A DNA stretch of 64,000 nucleotides, taken from the NCBI GenBank assembly GCA_963777315.1, contig CAVZQC010000004.1, forward strand, positions 320,001 to 384,000, written 5' to 3'. The position numbers and the translations under genes are program-made. Position 1 is the first letter of the stretch. Each line of letters begins with the position of its first letter. Below the pieces are notes generated by a model. That model saw nothing but the letters and a program-made list of their open reading frames with translations, was not told the DNA's origin and searched no databases. The stretch comes from Vulcanimicrobiota bacterium. GTDB taxonomy: Bacteria > Vulcanimicrobiota > Vulcanimicrobiia > Vulcanimicrobiales > Vulcanimicrobiaceae. This document shows, one piece after another, positions 31,011 to 42,109 of the stretch.

Positions 31011-31104
31011 CCCAAGGTTCGGTCCCACCAGCCGGTGTGGCCGACTTTGTGTGTGTCCGCAACTTGCATCTCTTTCTCACGTCGCTGCGTTGTAGGAGTT
31101 TGGT

Positions 31105-31545
31105 TTGCCAACGATCAGTCAGCTCGTTCGCACGGGCCGCCGGAAAGCCGAAAAAAAGGTCAAGACTCCGGCTTTTCGCGTGATCCAGACCGGGCCCAAA
31201 CCCGGGCATCCCGACTTGCCCTTGCGCACGTTCGAGGTGGCGGGCAATCCGCAGCGGCGCGGCGTGTGCACCCAAGTCAAGACCGTCACCCCGAAAAAGC
31301 CCAATTCGGCGCTTCGTAAAGTGGCGCGCGTTCGGCTGACCAACGGCGAAGAGGTGACGGCCTACATTCCGGGCATCGGCCACAACCTGCAAGAGCACTC
31401 GGTCGTGCTGGTGCGCGGAGGGCGCGTTAAGGATTTGCCCGGCGTGCGTTATCACATCGTCCGCGGAACGCTGGATACGTCCGGGACGGCGAACCGCAAA
31501 CAAGGCCGGTCGAAATACGGCGCAAAGCGCGCCGCCAAGAAATAG
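31105..31545 (+). CDS. rpsL: 30S ribosomal protein S12
   Basis: [29 protein letters not shown]. Confidence 0.98.
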   Translation: MPTISQLVRTGRRKAEKKVKTPAFRVIQTGPKPGHPDLPLRTFEVAGNPQRRGVCTQVKTVTPKKPNSALRKVARVRLTNGEEVTAYIPGIGHNLQEHSVVLVRGGRVKDLPGVRYHIVRGTLDTSGTANRKQGRSKYGAKRAAKK

Positions 31546-31568
31546 CTCGAAGGAAAGTTTACAAGAAA

Positions 31569-32039
31569 TTGCCACGTAAAGGTCCAGCGCCCAAGCGCCA
31601 AATTCTGCCCGACCCGCGCTTCAACTCCAAAGTGTTGGCGCGCTTCATTAATAAGGTGATGCTGCAAGGCAAGAAATCGCTCGCCGAACAGATTACCTAT
31701 GGAGCGCTCGACATCGTCACCGAGAAAACCGGGCGCGACGCGATGGACGTCTTTTCGCAGGCGCTCAGCAACGCCATGCCGCTGGTCGAAGTGCGCCCTC
31801 GCCGGGTAGGCGGCGCCACGTACCAGGTCCCGATGGAAGTGCGGCCGGACCGGCGCCAGGCAATGGCCATGCGCTGGCTGATCGGTTTCGCGCGCTCGCG
31901 CGCCGGACGTTCGATGGAAGAGAAACTCGCCGCCGAGCTGATGGACGCGTCTAATAACCAGGGCGCAGCGATCAAAAAGCGCGAGGACACGCACAAGATG
32001 GCCGAAGCCAACAAAGCCTTCGCGCATTACCGCTGGTAG
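31569..32039 (+). CDS. rpsG: 30S ribosomal protein S7
   Basis: [24 protein letters not shown]. Confidence 0.98.
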   Translation: MPRKGPAPKRQILPDPRFNSKVLARFINKVMLQGKKSLAEQITYGALDIVTEKTGRDAMDVFSQALSNAMPLVEVRPRRVGGATYQVPMEVRPDRRQAMAMRWLIGFARSRAGRSMEEKLAAELMDASNNQGAAIKKREDTHKMAEANKAFAHYRW

Positions 32040-32045
32040 ATCCCT

Positions 32046-34148
32046 ATGGCACGAGAATTTCCGCTGGAGCGCACCCGCAACATCGGCATTGCCGCGCACA
32101 TCGACGCCGGCAAGACGACGTGCACGGAGCGCATTCTGTTCTATACCGGCCGCACGCACAAGATCGGCGAAGTGCACGACGGCGCAGCCACGATGGATTG
32201 GATGGTGCAGGAGCAGGAGCGCGGCATCACGATCACCTCGGCCGCCACGGCGTGCACCTGGCGCGACACCCGTATCAACATCATTGATACGCCTGGCCAC
32301 GTGGACTTCACCGTGGAGGTTGAACGCTCGCTCAGAGTGCTCGACGGTTTGGTTGCGCTCTTCGATTCGGTCGCGGCCGTGCAGCCGCAGTCCGAAACGG
32401 TGTGGCGCCAAGCCAATAAATACCGCGTGCCGCGGATCATCTTCGTGAACAAGATGGACCGCATGGGGGCCGACTTCTTTAACGCGGTCGCGAAGATCAA
32501 GGAGCGGCTGGGCGCCAACGCCACGCCGATCCAAGTTCCGATCGGAGCCGAGGACCAGTTCAAAGGCGTCGTCGATCTGTTCACTATGCGTAAGGTCGTG
32601 TACACCGACGACCTTGGTTCGACGACGTCGCAGGATCCGGTCACCGACGCGGACGGCGAGCTCAAATCGCTGTGCGAGCAGTGGCGCCAAAACCTGATCG
32701 AAAACATCGCAGAGCAAGATGAAGAACTGCTCGAGATGTTCTTCGACGGGCAAGAGCTTCCGGTCGATCGCATGAAGGAGGCGCTGCGCAAGGCGACGAT
32801 CACCGGCGCGGTGCTGCCCATGCTCTGCGGCTCGGCGTTCAAGAACAAAGGCGTGCAGCCGCTGCTCGATGCGATCGTCGAGTATTTGCCCTCGCCGCTG
32901 GAAGCCAAGCCCATCGTGGGCATCGATCCGAAAACCGACGCGGAGATTACGCGCAAACCCGACGACAAAGAGCCGTTTGCGGCGCTCGCATTCAAGATCG
33001 CGACCGATCCCTACGGCAACCTCACATACTTTCGGGTCTATTCGGGCACTTTGGACAAAGGATCGTACGTCTACAATTCACGCTCGGGCAAAAAAGAACG
33101 CATCGGGCGCATCCTGCGCATGCACGCCAATCATCGTGAGGACATCGACTCCATCGGCGCGGGCGACATCGCCGCCGCAGTCGGCATGACCGATACGCGC
33201 ACGGGCGATACGCTGTGCGACGAGAAGCATCCCATCATGCTCGAGTCGATCACTTTCCCCGAACCGGTGATCTATCAGGCAATCGAACCCAAGACCAAGG
33301 GCGATCAGGATCAGCTGGGCAAAGGGCTGCAGCGCTTGGCGCAAGAGGATCCGACGTTCCGCATGCGCACCGACGAGGAAACGCAGCAGACGATCATTGC
33401 CGGCATGGGCGAACTGCATTTGGAGATCATTCTGGACCGGCTGCGCCGCGAATTTAAAGTGGAAGCCAACGTCGGCAAACCGCAGGTGGCGTACAAAGAA
33501 GCGATCACCAAGACCGTCGAAAAGCAGGGTAAGTTCATCCGGCAGTCCGGTGGAAAAGGCCAGTACGGCGACGTGTGGCTGCGCGTGATGCCGCAAGAAC
33601 CCGGCACGGGCTTCATCTTCGAATGGAAGATTGTCGGCGGCAGAGTGCCTAAGGAGTATGCCAAGGCGGTGCAGGAAGGCATTCGAGAGGCAGCGCAGAG
33701 CGGCGTGCTCGCCGGCTATCCCGTGCTGGACTTCAAAGCCGAAGCTTTCGAAGGCTCGTACCACGACGTCGATTCCTCGGAAATGGCGTTCAAGATTGCC
33801 GCCTCGATGGGCTTCAAGGATGCCAATCGCGCGGCCGGACCGATTCTGCTCGAACCGATCATGAAGGTCGAGGTCACGACGCCGAAAGACTACATGGGCG
33901 CAATTGCCGGCGATCTCAACCGTCGCCGCGGAATGATTCAAGCCACGGAGGAAGCTCCGGGCGGCGCACAGGTCATCACGGCGAACGTGCCGCTTTCGGA
34001 AATGTTCGGCTACGCCACCGATATGCGGTCGGCCACGCAGGGTCGCGCAACGTACACCATGGAGTTTTCCCACTACGAGAAAGCGCCCAAGTCCGTCGAG
34101 GAAGAGATCGTGGCCAAAGCCGCGGGCAAGAAGAACTCGGCGGCATAA
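32046..34148 (+). CDS. fusA: Elongation factor G
   Basis: [26 protein letters not shown]. Confidence 0.98.
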   Translation: MAREFPLERTRNIGIAAHIDAGKTTCTERILFYTGRTHKIGEVHDGAATMDWMVQEQERGITITSAATACTWRDTRINIIDTPGHVDFTVEVERSLRVLDGLVALFDSVAAVQPQSETVWRQANKYRVPRIIFVNKMDRMGADFFNAVAKIKERLGANATPIQVPIGAEDQFKGVVDLFTMRKVVYTDDLGSTTSQDPVTDADGELKSLCEQWRQNLIENIAEQDEELLEMFFDGQELPVDRMKEALRKATITGAVLPMLCGSAFKNKGVQPLLDAIVEYLPSPLEAKPIVGIDPKTDAEITRKPDDKEPFAALAFKIATDPYGNLTYFRVYSGTLDKGSYVYNSRSGKKERIGRILRMHANHREDIDSIGAGDIAAAVGMTDTRTGDTLCDEKHPIMLESITFPEPVIYQAIEPKTKGDQDQLGKGLQRLAQEDPTFRMRTDEETQQTIIAGMGELHLEIILDRLRREFKVEANVGKPQVAYKEAITKTVEKQGKFIRQSGGKGQYGDVWLRVMPQEPGTGFIFEWKIVGGRVPKEYAKAVQEGIREAAQSGVLAGYPVLDFKAEAFEGSYHDVDSSEMAFKIAASMGFKDANRAAGPILLEPIMKVEVTTPKDYMGAIAGDLNRRRGMIQATEEAPGGAQVITANVPLSEMFGYATDMRSATQGRATYTMEFSHYEKAPKSVEEEIVAKAAGKKNSAA

Positions 34149-34207
34149 CGCCTGCGGGCAAACGACAAACGTAACCAACAGCTAAAGAAGGGCAAAGACG
34201 AAACGAA

Positions 34208-35410
34208 ATGGCGAAGGCGAAATTCGAACGTAGCAAACCGCACGTAAACATCGGAACGACGGGGCACGTCGACCACGGTAAAACGACTCTTACCGCGGCT
34301 ATCATCAACTGCCTCGCCACGGAAAACGCGAACATCCAAAAGCGCAACGTCGACGACATCGACAACGCGCCCGAGGAAAAAGAGCGCGGCATCACCATCG
34401 CGATCTCGCACCAGGAGTACGAGACCAAAAAGCGCCATTACGCGCACGTCGACTGCCCCGGCCACGCCGACTACATCAAGAACATGATCACCGGCGCGGC
34501 GCAGATGGACGGAGCCATTCTCGTGGTCTCGGCCACCGACGGCCCGATGCCGCAGACGCGCGAGCACATTCTGCTCATGAAGCAAGTCGGCGTGCCGTAC
34601 ATCGTCGTGTTTTTGAACAAATGCGACATGGTCGACGACGAAGAGCTGCTCGAGCTGGTCGAAATGGAAGTACGCGACCTGCTCAACCAGTACGAATTTC
34701 CGGGCGACACCACGCCCATCATCCGCGGCTCGGCGCTCAAGGCGTTGAACAGTTCGGGCAAGCGCGGCGATGCGGATTCCGATCCGATCTTCAAACTGAT
34801 GGACACGGTCGACGACTACATCCCCGATCCGGTCCGCGAGACCGACAAACCGTTCCTCATGCCGGTGGAAGACGTATTCACGATCACCGGACGCGGAACG
34901 GTGGGCACGGGCCGCGTCGAGCGCGGACAGGTCAAAGTCGGTGAGGAAATCGAGATTGTGGGACTGACCGAACAGACGCGCAAGTCGGTCGTCACCGGCA
35001 TCGAGATGTTTCGCAAGCTGCTCGACGTCGGGATCGCCGGCGACAACATCGGCGTTCTGCTGCGCGGCGTCGATCGCAACGACATCGAACGCGGACAGGT
35101 GCTTGCCAAGCCGGGCTCTATCAAGCCGCACAAAAAATTCAAAGCCGAAGTCTACGTGCTCTCGAAAGAAGAGGGCGGTCGCCATACGCCGTTCTTTGCC
35201 AATTATCGCCCGCAGTTTTACTTCCGCACGACCGACGTGACGGGCACGATCAGACTGCCCGAGGGCGTGGAGATGGTCATGCCGGGCGACAACGTTGCGA
35301 TGGACGTCGAGCTGATCATGCCGGTCGCGTGCGAAGAAGGTTTGCGTTTTGCCATTCGCGAGGGCGGCCGCACCGTGGGCGCCGGCGTCGTAACCGGCGT
35401 TCAGGACTAG
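34208..35410 (+). CDS. tuf: Elongation factor Tu
   Basis: [28 protein letters not shown]. Confidence 0.98.
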   Translation: MAKAKFERSKPHVNIGTTGHVDHGKTTLTAAIINCLATENANIQKRNVDDIDNAPEEKERGITIAISHQEYETKKRHYAHVDCPGHADYIKNMITGAAQMDGAILVVSATDGPMPQTREHILLMKQVGVPYIVVFLNKCDMVDDEELLELVEMEVRDLLNQYEFPGDTTPIIRGSALKALNSSGKRGDADSDPIFKLMDTVDDYIPDPVRETDKPFLMPVEDVFTITGRGTVGTGRVERGQVKVGEEIEIVGLTEQTRKSVVTGIEMFRKLLDVGIAGDNIGVLLRGVDRNDIERGQVLAKPGSIKPHKKFKAEVYVLSKEEGGRHTPFFANYRPQFYFRTTDVTGTIRLPEGVEMVMPGDNVAMDVELIMPVACEEGLRFAIREGGRTVGAGVVTGVQD

Positions 35411-35424
35411 GCCTTCGATCCGAA

Positions 35425-35790
35425 ATGGCTAAGCAGAAGATTCGCATTCGCCTCAAGGCGTACGATCACAAGGTGCTCGATCAATCGGCCGAGCGAATCG
35501 TCGAAACGGCAAAGCGTACCGGCGCGTTTGTGAGCGGCCCCGTGCCGCTCCCGACGGAGATCAACCGTTTCTGCGTAAACCGTTCGCCGCACGTCGACAA
35601 GAAATCGCGCGAGCACTTCGAAATGCGTACGCATAAACGGCTGATCGACATCCTGCAAGCTTCTCCCAAGACCATGGATGCGCTCATGCACTTGGACTTG
35701 CCGGCAGGCGTGGACATCGAACTGAAGGCCTCAGCTCGGTCTCGTACAGTACCAAGAGCGCAACTCCGGTTGCGCTCTTTTTTCATATAA
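35425..35790 (+). CDS. rpsJ: 30S ribosomal protein S10 (true stop probably at ~35730, masked by a 1-bp insertion)
   Basis: [31 protein letters not shown] where GCC TAG is expected, read-through crosses the terminator. Confidence 0.95.
   Translation: MAKQKIRIRLKAYDHKVLDQSAERIVETAKRTGAFVSGPVPLPTEINRFCVNRSPHVDKKSREHFEMRTHKRLIDILQASPKTMDALMHLDLPAGVDIELKASARSRTVPRAQLRLRSFFI
35754..35783 (+). terminator. Rho-independent terminator after rpsJ
   Basis: AAGAGCGCAAC-TCCG-GTTGCGCTCTT followed by T-run. Confidence 0.85.
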
Positions 35791-35803
35791 AGGAGACCCT
35801 TCT

Positions 35804-36046
35804 ATGGAAGTCAAGCCGACCTATTTGGGCACGATGATCGCGCTCTGCACGGCCGCTTTCGGGCTGATCGCCGCGCTGGCATGGAACACGTTCATCACCG
35901 ATTTGATAGCGCTATTTCTCAAACGTGGTTCCGGCATATGGGCCGAACTGGGCTACGCGGTGATTATCACCATCATCGCCGTGCTCGTCATCCAGCAGCT
36001 GGGCAAGCTCTCGGAAAGAGACACGGGCCCGCGAACGGGCTTATAG
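35804..36046 (+). CDS. DUF5654 small membrane protein
   Basis: TAAFGLIAALAWN...YAVIITIIAV; AAGGAG RBS. Confidence 0.8.
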   Translation: MEVKPTYLGTMIALCTAAFGLIAALAWNTFITDLIALFLKRGSGIWAELGYAVIITIIAVLVIQQLGKLSERDTGPRTGL

Positions 36047-36047
36047 C

Positions 36048-38975
36048 TCAGAGCCGCAGCGTTGCGGTGACGTGGTTGCCGTAGCCGGGAATGCGTTCGA
36101 TCTGCAGGTTGCACGTCAGCTGCCAGATGATGTAGAGTCCGCGGCCCGACTCGCTGAGCGGATCGGCCGGTAGAGCCGGATCGCGGATAAAGCCTTTGCC
36201 GCGGTCGATGACGTGCAGTATCGGCGCGGTGTCCTCCCAGCGCAGCTGCACGTCGATCGGCCCGGGCGCATGGCGGACGACGTTGCCGATCAGCTCGCCG
36301 AAGACCAGCTCGGCTGCGCTCAAGTCCGAGTCCGATGCCGCGTGCCTGCGCAGCGCTGCGACGAACTGCGTTCGGGCGTCTTGCGCCGCTTTCGCGTTTT
36401 CGGCATCGAACGACCAGTGAGTGCGGGTGCCGAACAGCACGCTGAGCACGGCGGTGTCGTCTTGCGCCTGAAACGGCAGGCACGCGTCGCAAAGAAAGCG
36501 CGCAGGATTGCGCACGTTCAAAATAGCCTGCGAGGTAACGACTTGACGCAGGCGTTCTTCGCCGAAGGCGAGATCGCGCGTTCCTTCGACCAGACCATCG
36601 GTGTAGAGCACGAGCAACTGGGCGTCCTGCAGCGATATGGTATGCGTTTCTTCCGTCGCGGCGCGGTCGCGCAAGCCGAGCGGCAAACCGTGCCCGCTCA
36701 ATTCGATCAGTTCCTCACCGCGCCGCAGCAGTGGGGCAGGATGACCCGCGCTCGCGTAGCGCATCGTCGAGTGCGTCGAATCGATGAAGCCCAAGAACGC
36801 GGTGACGAGCGCGGGCGATCCGCGGGAGCGCAACTGGTAGTCGACGCCGTCCAAAATGCGGGCCGGATCGCGTTCGTACATGCACGCCATGTTGATCGCT
36901 TGCCGCGTCTTGCCCATCAATCCGGCAGCCTGCAGGCCGCGTCCCGTAACGTCCCCTACGCTGACCATAATGGCGCCGTCCGGCAGCGTGACCGCGTCGA
37001 ACCAATCGCCGCCGACGTCGGCCTCGTGGGAACTGGGCCGGTAGTCCGCGTTGAAAGCCAGATCCTCGTGTTTGGGCAGCAGCTCGGGCGAAGGCAGCAG
37101 CGCTTGCTGCAGCGCTTCGGCGATGCGGCGTTCGCGTTCGAGTGCATTGACGTGTTCGATGGCGATGGAAAGCCGGCGTCCCATGTCGTTGAAGAGCAGC
37201 AAATCGTTCGCACTGAATTCACGCGGCGTGTCGCACCAGTGTGCGACCAGAGCGCCCAGCGTCTCTCCGCGCGAATGGAGCGGCACGGTGATCGTGGCAT
37301 GGATGTCCAGCGCGCGGACGTCTTGCGCGAGGTAATCCCAAACGTGCGGGATCAGTTCTTCGGGCGTGAGCCCGGAATGAATAACGGTGCGATGCTGCGC
37401 TAGCATGTGGATTGCACGATCCTCGGCTTCAGGGCGAAGCATGCGCTGGCCCCGCAGCCGCGCGGCGATGGGCGCCTTTCTCGCGTCGCGATGCGCGCAC
37501 GAAACGGTCCGAAGTTTGGAGCCGCCTTCAATCTGCATGATGTATGCGAGATCGGCTGCTTCCGACACGATGAACTCGCACAGGTTGTCGAACGTGGCGT
37601 GCAAGTCGAACGATTCGAAAACCAGCTCGCTCGCACGAGCGCTGAACTGAGAACGCTGCGCGCGCCGGCGTTCTTCCTCGAAAGATTTGGCCGTCTGGAT
37701 CGCCGCTGCGGCGCGCCGGGCAACCATTTGAGTAACCTCTAGGTCGTCCTGGCCGAACGAGCGGCCGGATTCCGCGGTTGCAAGCGAAAGCGCTCCGTAC
37801 ACTACGCCGGCGTCCGTGGCCATCGGCACGATCATTGCCGAGCGCATCTGGAGGTTGTCCAAAACGCGCCGGTGCTCTTCGTCCTGCGCCGCTGCGTGGA
37901 GCTGCTCGAGTGAAACGCTCGGCACCAGAAGCGGAGCGTTCGAGCGCACCACGGTGTCCAACGCGCTGCCTTCGCGTACGGGGTACCTATCGCGGAATTG
38001 TTCGACGTACTGCAGACGGGCGGGATCCCGATGGCCGATGGCTTGCGTGGTGTATCCGCCCGCCGGGTCGACCAGCGAGATAAAACACCAGTCCGCAACC
38101 CGGTTCACCGCCAGTTGCGCGAGGTTTGCGCAAATCGCCTTGACGTCGTTGGATGCGGAAAGCTGCGCGGAGGCCTCGACGACGAAGCGCAAATTGGCAT
38201 TCGAGCGTTTTTGCGCGTCGATGTCGGTCGCCGTGCCGATCCACCGCGAAATCTGTCCATCCTCTCCGGTGACGGGCGTTGCGCGCGCAATGAACCAGCG
38301 AAAAACGCCGTCGCTCTTGCGGCGCAGCCGGTATTCGATCTCGTAGGGTTTGCCGGTAGCCACTGCGCGGTGCCAGAGTTCGAGCGTAGCATCGCGCTCG
38401 TCGGGATGCACCACGCCCTTTACGCCGGATGCATTCATTCGCTGGACGGTGAGTCCGGTGTATTCCAGCCACGGAGTGTTGAAATATTCGATGGTGCCGT
38501 CGCCGGCAGCGATCCATGCCAGTTGCGGCATGGCTTCCACGATGGCGCGCAGCTGCGCGCCCGTTTTCTCCAGGCGCCGGGCGGCCGTGACGAATTCCGT
38601 CACGTCCGTGGCCGCTCCGGCAAATCCCGCCGGCGCATCGCCACCGCCCAGCGGAGCGAGCAGCAGTCGCACGTGCACCTTGCGATCGGTGCGAACGAAC
38701 CGGATCCGCAGCTCGGCCGCGCCGTTGCCGGCGATGGCGTTGTCCCAAGCGCGCTCGACCTGCGCTCGATCGCGCCGGTCGACCGCTTCGAGCCATCCTC
38801 TTCCCAGGAGGTCCCGCTGCGTACCGCCGATCAGCTCGCGGAATGCCGGTGTCGCCCAAGTTATATTGCCTCGCGCGTCCGTTTCGAAAAATCCGATGGG
38901 CACGGTTTCGGCTACGTCGCAAAGCCGCTCGCGATCAAGCGAGATCGGAGATTCGGCCGGCTCACCTAGGGCCAT
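36048..38975 (-). CDS. PAS-PAS-GAF-GAF SpoIIE (PP2C) phosphatase with C-terminal HATPase domain
   Basis: VHPDE PAS, VGGDWFD, GDVTGRG, LYTDGLVE, QDDTAVL, ELIGNVVRHA, SGRGL; real start ATG 38975. Confidence 0.9.
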   Translation of the reverse strand: MALGEPAESPISLDRERLCDVAETVPIGFFETDARGNITWATPAFRELIGGTQRDLLGRGWLEAVDRRDRAQVERAWDNAIAGNGAAELRIRFVRTDRKVHVRLLLAPLGGGDAPAGFAGAATDVTEFVTAARRLEKTGAQLRAIVEAMPQLAWIAAGDGTIEYFNTPWLEYTGLTVQRMNASGVKGVVHPDERDATLELWHRAVATGKPYEIEYRLRRKSDGVFRWFIARATPVTGEDGQISRWIGTATDIDAQKRSNANLRFVVEASAQLSASNDVKAICANLAQLAVNRVADWCFISLVDPAGGYTTQAIGHRDPARLQYVEQFRDRYPVREGSALDTVVRSNAPLLVPSVSLEQLHAAAQDEEHRRVLDNLQMRSAMIVPMATDAGVVYGALSLATAESGRSFGQDDLEVTQMVARRAAAAIQTAKSFEEERRRAQRSQFSARASELVFESFDLHATFDNLCEFIVSEAADLAYIMQIEGGSKLRTVSCAHRDARKAPIAARLRGQRMLRPEAEDRAIHMLAQHRTVIHSGLTPEELIPHVWDYLAQDVRALDIHATITVPLHSRGETLGALVAHWCDTPREFSANDLLLFNDMGRRLSIAIEHVNALERERRIAEALQQALLPSPELLPKHEDLAFNADYRPSSHEADVGGDWFDAVTLPDGAIMVSVGDVTGRGLQAAGLMGKTRQAINMACMYERDPARILDGVDYQLRSRGSPALVTAFLGFIDSTHSTMRYASAGHPAPLLRRGEELIELSGHGLPLGLRDRAATEETHTISLQDAQLLVLYTDGLVEGTRDLAFGEERLRQVVTSQAILNVRNPARFLCDACLPFQAQDDTAVLSVLFGTRTHWSFDAENAKAAQDARTQFVAALRRHAASDSDLSAAELVFGELIGNVVRHAPGPIDVQLRWEDTAPILHVIDRGKGFIRDPALPADPLSESGRGLYIIWQLTCNLQIERIPGYGNHVTATLRL

Positions 38976-39038
38976 AAATGTTTCTCTACCCACATCGCTG
39001 CATGGATACGCCTGGCAGCCCGGCGAAGGATGCACGCC

Positions 39039-39464
39039 ATGCCGATACCGCTGCACGAAGTCCGCGAACGAACTTTTTCCGGCACGCGCCGCCGAATCTT
39101 TCAGCTGTTGGTGGACATGGGAACGTCCAACGACATCGTCTGGCCGTTCGCGGCGCAACCCTTCATGCGGTCGCCCGGCCCATTGCTTCCGGGCAAGACC
39201 GAAGAGTGGCACAACGGCTTTCACGCCGTGCTGGAAGAAGTCGTGCCGGAAGACCGGATCGTTTGGCGCATACAAAACGAGGGCTTTGAAGGCACGCATG
39301 GTTACTATTTGAGCGGCGACGGCAAGAAGACCACGCTGGCGCACCGGATCGATGCCACGCTGGACGACACGCAAGGGCGCATGCTCTGGCGGCGCCTGGA
39401 AGACTCCAACGAACGTTCGGTCGAGGCGCTCTTCGATAAAATCGCACGCATATTGAAACGATGA
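39039..39464 (+). CDS. Hypothetical protein, SRPBCC/START-like
   Basis: 141-aa ORF with helix-grip-like pattern, 3 nt upstream of acyl-CoA dehydrogenase. Confidence 0.6.
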   Translation: MPIPLHEVRERTFSGTRRRIFQLLVDMGTSNDIVWPFAAQPFMRSPGPLLPGKTEEWHNGFHAVLEEVVPEDRIVWRIQNEGFEGTHGYYLSGDGKKTTLAHRIDATLDDTQGRMLWRRLEDSNERSVEALFDKIARILKR

Positions 39465-39467
39465 ACC

Positions 39468-40658
39468 ATGACTGCCGCGCATCCGCGCCTTAGCGCACCC
39501 GATTCGCTCGACTTTTTGGATATCGATGCGCTGCTGAGCCAAGAAGAGCGCATGATTCGCGATACGGTGCGCGCCTTCGTTCGCGATCGCATCGTTCCCA
39601 ATATCGCGCAGTGGTTTGAAGAAGGCCGGCTTCCGGCGCAGCTCGGCAGGCAGTTGGGCGATCTGGGTCTGCTGGGGATGCATTTGCACGGCTACGGCTG
39701 TCCCGGCGCAAGCGCGGTAGCCTATGGTATTGCCTGCATGGAGTTCGAGGCCGGCGATTCGGGGGTGCGCAGTTTTGCATCGGTGCAAGGCTCGCTGGCG
39801 ATGTACGCGATTCATCGCTGGGCGAGCGAAGAACAAAAGGAGCTTTGGCTGCCCCGCATGGCCAAGGGCGAGGCGCTGGGCTGTTTTGGGCTGAGCGAGC
39901 CGGATTTCGGCAGCAACCCGGCCGGGATGCGCACTCATGCGCGCCGTGACGGCAGCGATTGGATCATCGACGGCACGAAGATGTGGATCACCAACGGCAA
40001 CATCGCCGATGTCGCCGTCATCTGGGCGCAGACCGACGAAGGTATCCGCGGATTCGCAGTTCCCACCGCAGTCAAAGGTTTTTCCGCGCACGCCATCGAG
40101 CGCAAGCTGTCGCTGCGCGCGTCGGTCACGTCCGAGCTCGTTTTGCAAAGCTGCCGCGTTCCATGCGAAGCTGCGTTTCCGGAAGTGCGCGGCCTGCGCG
40201 GTCCGCTGGCATGTTTGAACGAAGCGCGGTACGGCATCGTCTGGGGCTCGATGGGCGCGGCCCGCGCCTGTTACGAAACTGCGCTCTCGTATGCCAAGAC
40301 GCGCGTGCAGTTCGGGCGCCCCATCGCCGCGTACCAGATTACGCAAGAAAAGCTCGTGAATATGATGCTCGAGCTCAACAAAGGTATGCTGCTCGCGCTG
40401 CACATCGGCCGGATGAAGGATCTGCACCGCGCGCACCCATCGCACGTGAGCTTCGGCAAACTCAACAACGTGCGCGAAGCGTTGACGATCGCTCGCGAAG
40501 CCCGCACGATCCTGGGGGCGAACGGCGTCACGTTGGAATATCCGGTCATTCGGCATATGAACAACCTGGAGTCGGTGCTCACGTACGAGGGCACCAGTGA
40601 AATCCACACGCTCATTCTGGGCCAGGAGCTAACCGGGCAAAGCGCGTTCGACGCCTAG
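39468..40658 (+). CDS. Glutaryl-CoA dehydrogenase-like acyl-CoA dehydrogenase
   Basis: DSGVRSFASVQGSL, CFGLSEPDFGSNP, NLESVLTYEGT. Confidence 0.9.
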   Translation: MTAAHPRLSAPDSLDFLDIDALLSQEERMIRDTVRAFVRDRIVPNIAQWFEEGRLPAQLGRQLGDLGLLGMHLHGYGCPGASAVAYGIACMEFEAGDSGVRSFASVQGSLAMYAIHRWASEEQKELWLPRMAKGEALGCFGLSEPDFGSNPAGMRTHARRDGSDWIIDGTKMWITNGNIADVAVIWAQTDEGIRGFAVPTAVKGFSAHAIERKLSLRASVTSELVLQSCRVPCEAAFPEVRGLRGPLACLNEARYGIVWGSMGAARACYETALSYAKTRVQFGRPIAAYQITQEKLVNMMLELNKGMLLALHIGRMKDLHRAHPSHVSFGKLNNVREALTIAREARTILGANGVTLEYPVIRHMNNLESVLTYEGTSEIHTLILGQELTGQSAFDA

Positions 40659-40719
40659 AAAACGCGCTCGTCGGGTGATAAGATGGGTGTGGAGCAAGCT
40701 CCGAAAGAGGCGTTCGACG

Positions 40720-41289
40720 ATGAGGCAACTCGCCGCGACACTGACCGCATTTGCCGCGCTGACCGCAACCGCAGCGGCACAGACCGCGTGTCCTCCGGCC
40801 GTCGTCCACGCCGTGTATGCCGTCGTCACCGGTCCATCGGCCATGCAGCCCTGCAACGCGTTCGCGGGATACGAGCAGCCCAGCCAAGCCGACTTCGGCT
40901 GCGGCGCTCAATGCGCGTTCGACGCCGCGTTCCTGAGCGTACCCGGTGCACTGCCCCTGACCTGTAGGGTGCCGTACCTGTCCCAATATTTCGGTTGGTA
41001 CGGGACGATTCCGCGACACCGCAACGCGCGGGGAGAGTGCGTCACGTTCGATCAACTGTTGCGCAAGCGCACGGCTGCTTCAACCGCCGTTATGCCGTAT
41101 GGGAGCCGCGGCCCGGTGCAAGTGCGGCCTCCGGTCGAGCCGGTGCACGCCGTAACATCGCGTGGTGCCGATCTGGCCCCGCGCGCGCCGTTGCTGCAGG
41201 GCGTTCCTTTTGCTCCAATGCGCGCGGCGAACGCCGCACCGCATGCGAGCGCTTCCCAAGGCGGCAATCACATTCACAACCGGATGTAG
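40720..41289 (+). CDS. Hypothetical secreted Cys-rich protein
   Basis: Signal peptide MRQLAATLTAFAALTATAAA; six Cys; low-complexity tail. Confidence 0.65.
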   Translation: MRQLAATLTAFAALTATAAAQTACPPAVVHAVYAVVTGPSAMQPCNAFAGYEQPSQADFGCGAQCAFDAAFLSVPGALPLTCRVPYLSQYFGWYGTIPRHRNARGECVTFDQLLRKRTAASTAVMPYGSRGPVQVRPPVEPVHAVTSRGADLAPRAPLLQGVPFAPMRAANAAPHASASQGGNHIHNRM

Positions 41290-41307
41290 TCGCGGCGATA
41301 CGGCCGC

Positions 41308-41337
41308 TTGACGAGTCCAAGGCGTTCCTGATAGTAT
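41308..41337 (+). promoter_or_regulatory. Sigma70 promoter upstream of rplC
   Basis: TTGACG-18bp-TAGTAT with extended TG. Confidence 0.65.
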
Positions 41338-41485
41338 CCGTTGGTTGTGGTCGGCCGGCCGCGATAGTTTGCGCGTGCCGGCGGAAACGCTAGCAAGTAC
41401 GCCTGGATCCGTGTACTTGCGGCCCCACGCATTGGAGGCCCGAGAGCAAGTTTGCGGGCCGTTCGGATTGAGGACGAGGATAGGA

Positions 41486-42109
41486 ATGAAAAACATCCTT
41501 GGCCGCAAGGTTGGGATGACGAGCGTATTCACCGACGACGGACGATACGTCCCCGTAACGGTGATACAGGCCGGTCCCTGCACGGTGGTCGAGCGCAGAA
41601 CGAAGGACAAGCACGGCTACGAGGCCGTTGCGCTGGCTTTCGGCGACGTTAAAAAGTCGCGCGTTTCGCGTGCCCTTGCCGGACATTATAAAAAGAACGA
41701 TGCCGAACCGCGGCGCTGGATTCGCGAGTTCCGCGACGACATCGACGGCGTCGAGCCGGGGGCGACGGTGACGGTCGCGCAGTTCGAGCCCGGCGATCGC
41801 GTCGACGTGGTCGGCGTTTCGAAAGGGCACGGCTTCTCCGGGGGCATCAAGCGGCACAACTTCAGCGGCGGCGGCGCAAGCCACGGTTCCATGATTCACC
41901 GTCAGCCCGCGTCCAACGGCGATACCAACGCGGGCCGAACGGTCAAAGGAAGCCGGCGTCCGGGCCACTTCGGCGTCGATCGCACAACGCATCAAAACCT
42001 CGAAGTCGTGCGCGCCGACGCCGAGCGTAATCTGCTGCTGCTGCGCGGTCCGGTTCCGGGCTCCGAGAACGCGCTCATCGTCGTTCGCAAGTCGGTCAAG
42101 CATGCCTAA
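41486..42109 (+). CDS. rplC: 50S ribosomal protein L3
   Basis: [22 protein letters not shown]. Confidence 0.97.
   Translation: MKNILGRKVGMTSVFTDDGRYVPVTVIQAGPCTVVERRTKDKHGYEAVALAFGDVKKSRVSRALAGHYKKNDAEPRRWIREFRDDIDGVEPGATVTVAQFEPGDRVDVVGVSKGHGFSGGIKRHNFSGGGASHGSMIHRQPASNGDTNAGRTVKGSRRPGHFGVDRTTHQNLEVVRADAERNLLLLRGPVPGSENALIVVRKSVKHA

Noticed and set aside
35730..35790. Genuine 20-aa C-terminal extension of S10
   Set aside because: Runs through an intact terminator; one-base deletion restores a TAG at the normal position
38976..40607. 1519-aa version of the SpoIIE protein
   Set aside because: The extension is the antisense shadow of the acyl-CoA dehydrogenase and SRPBCC-like genes; recognisable domains begin after ATG 38975
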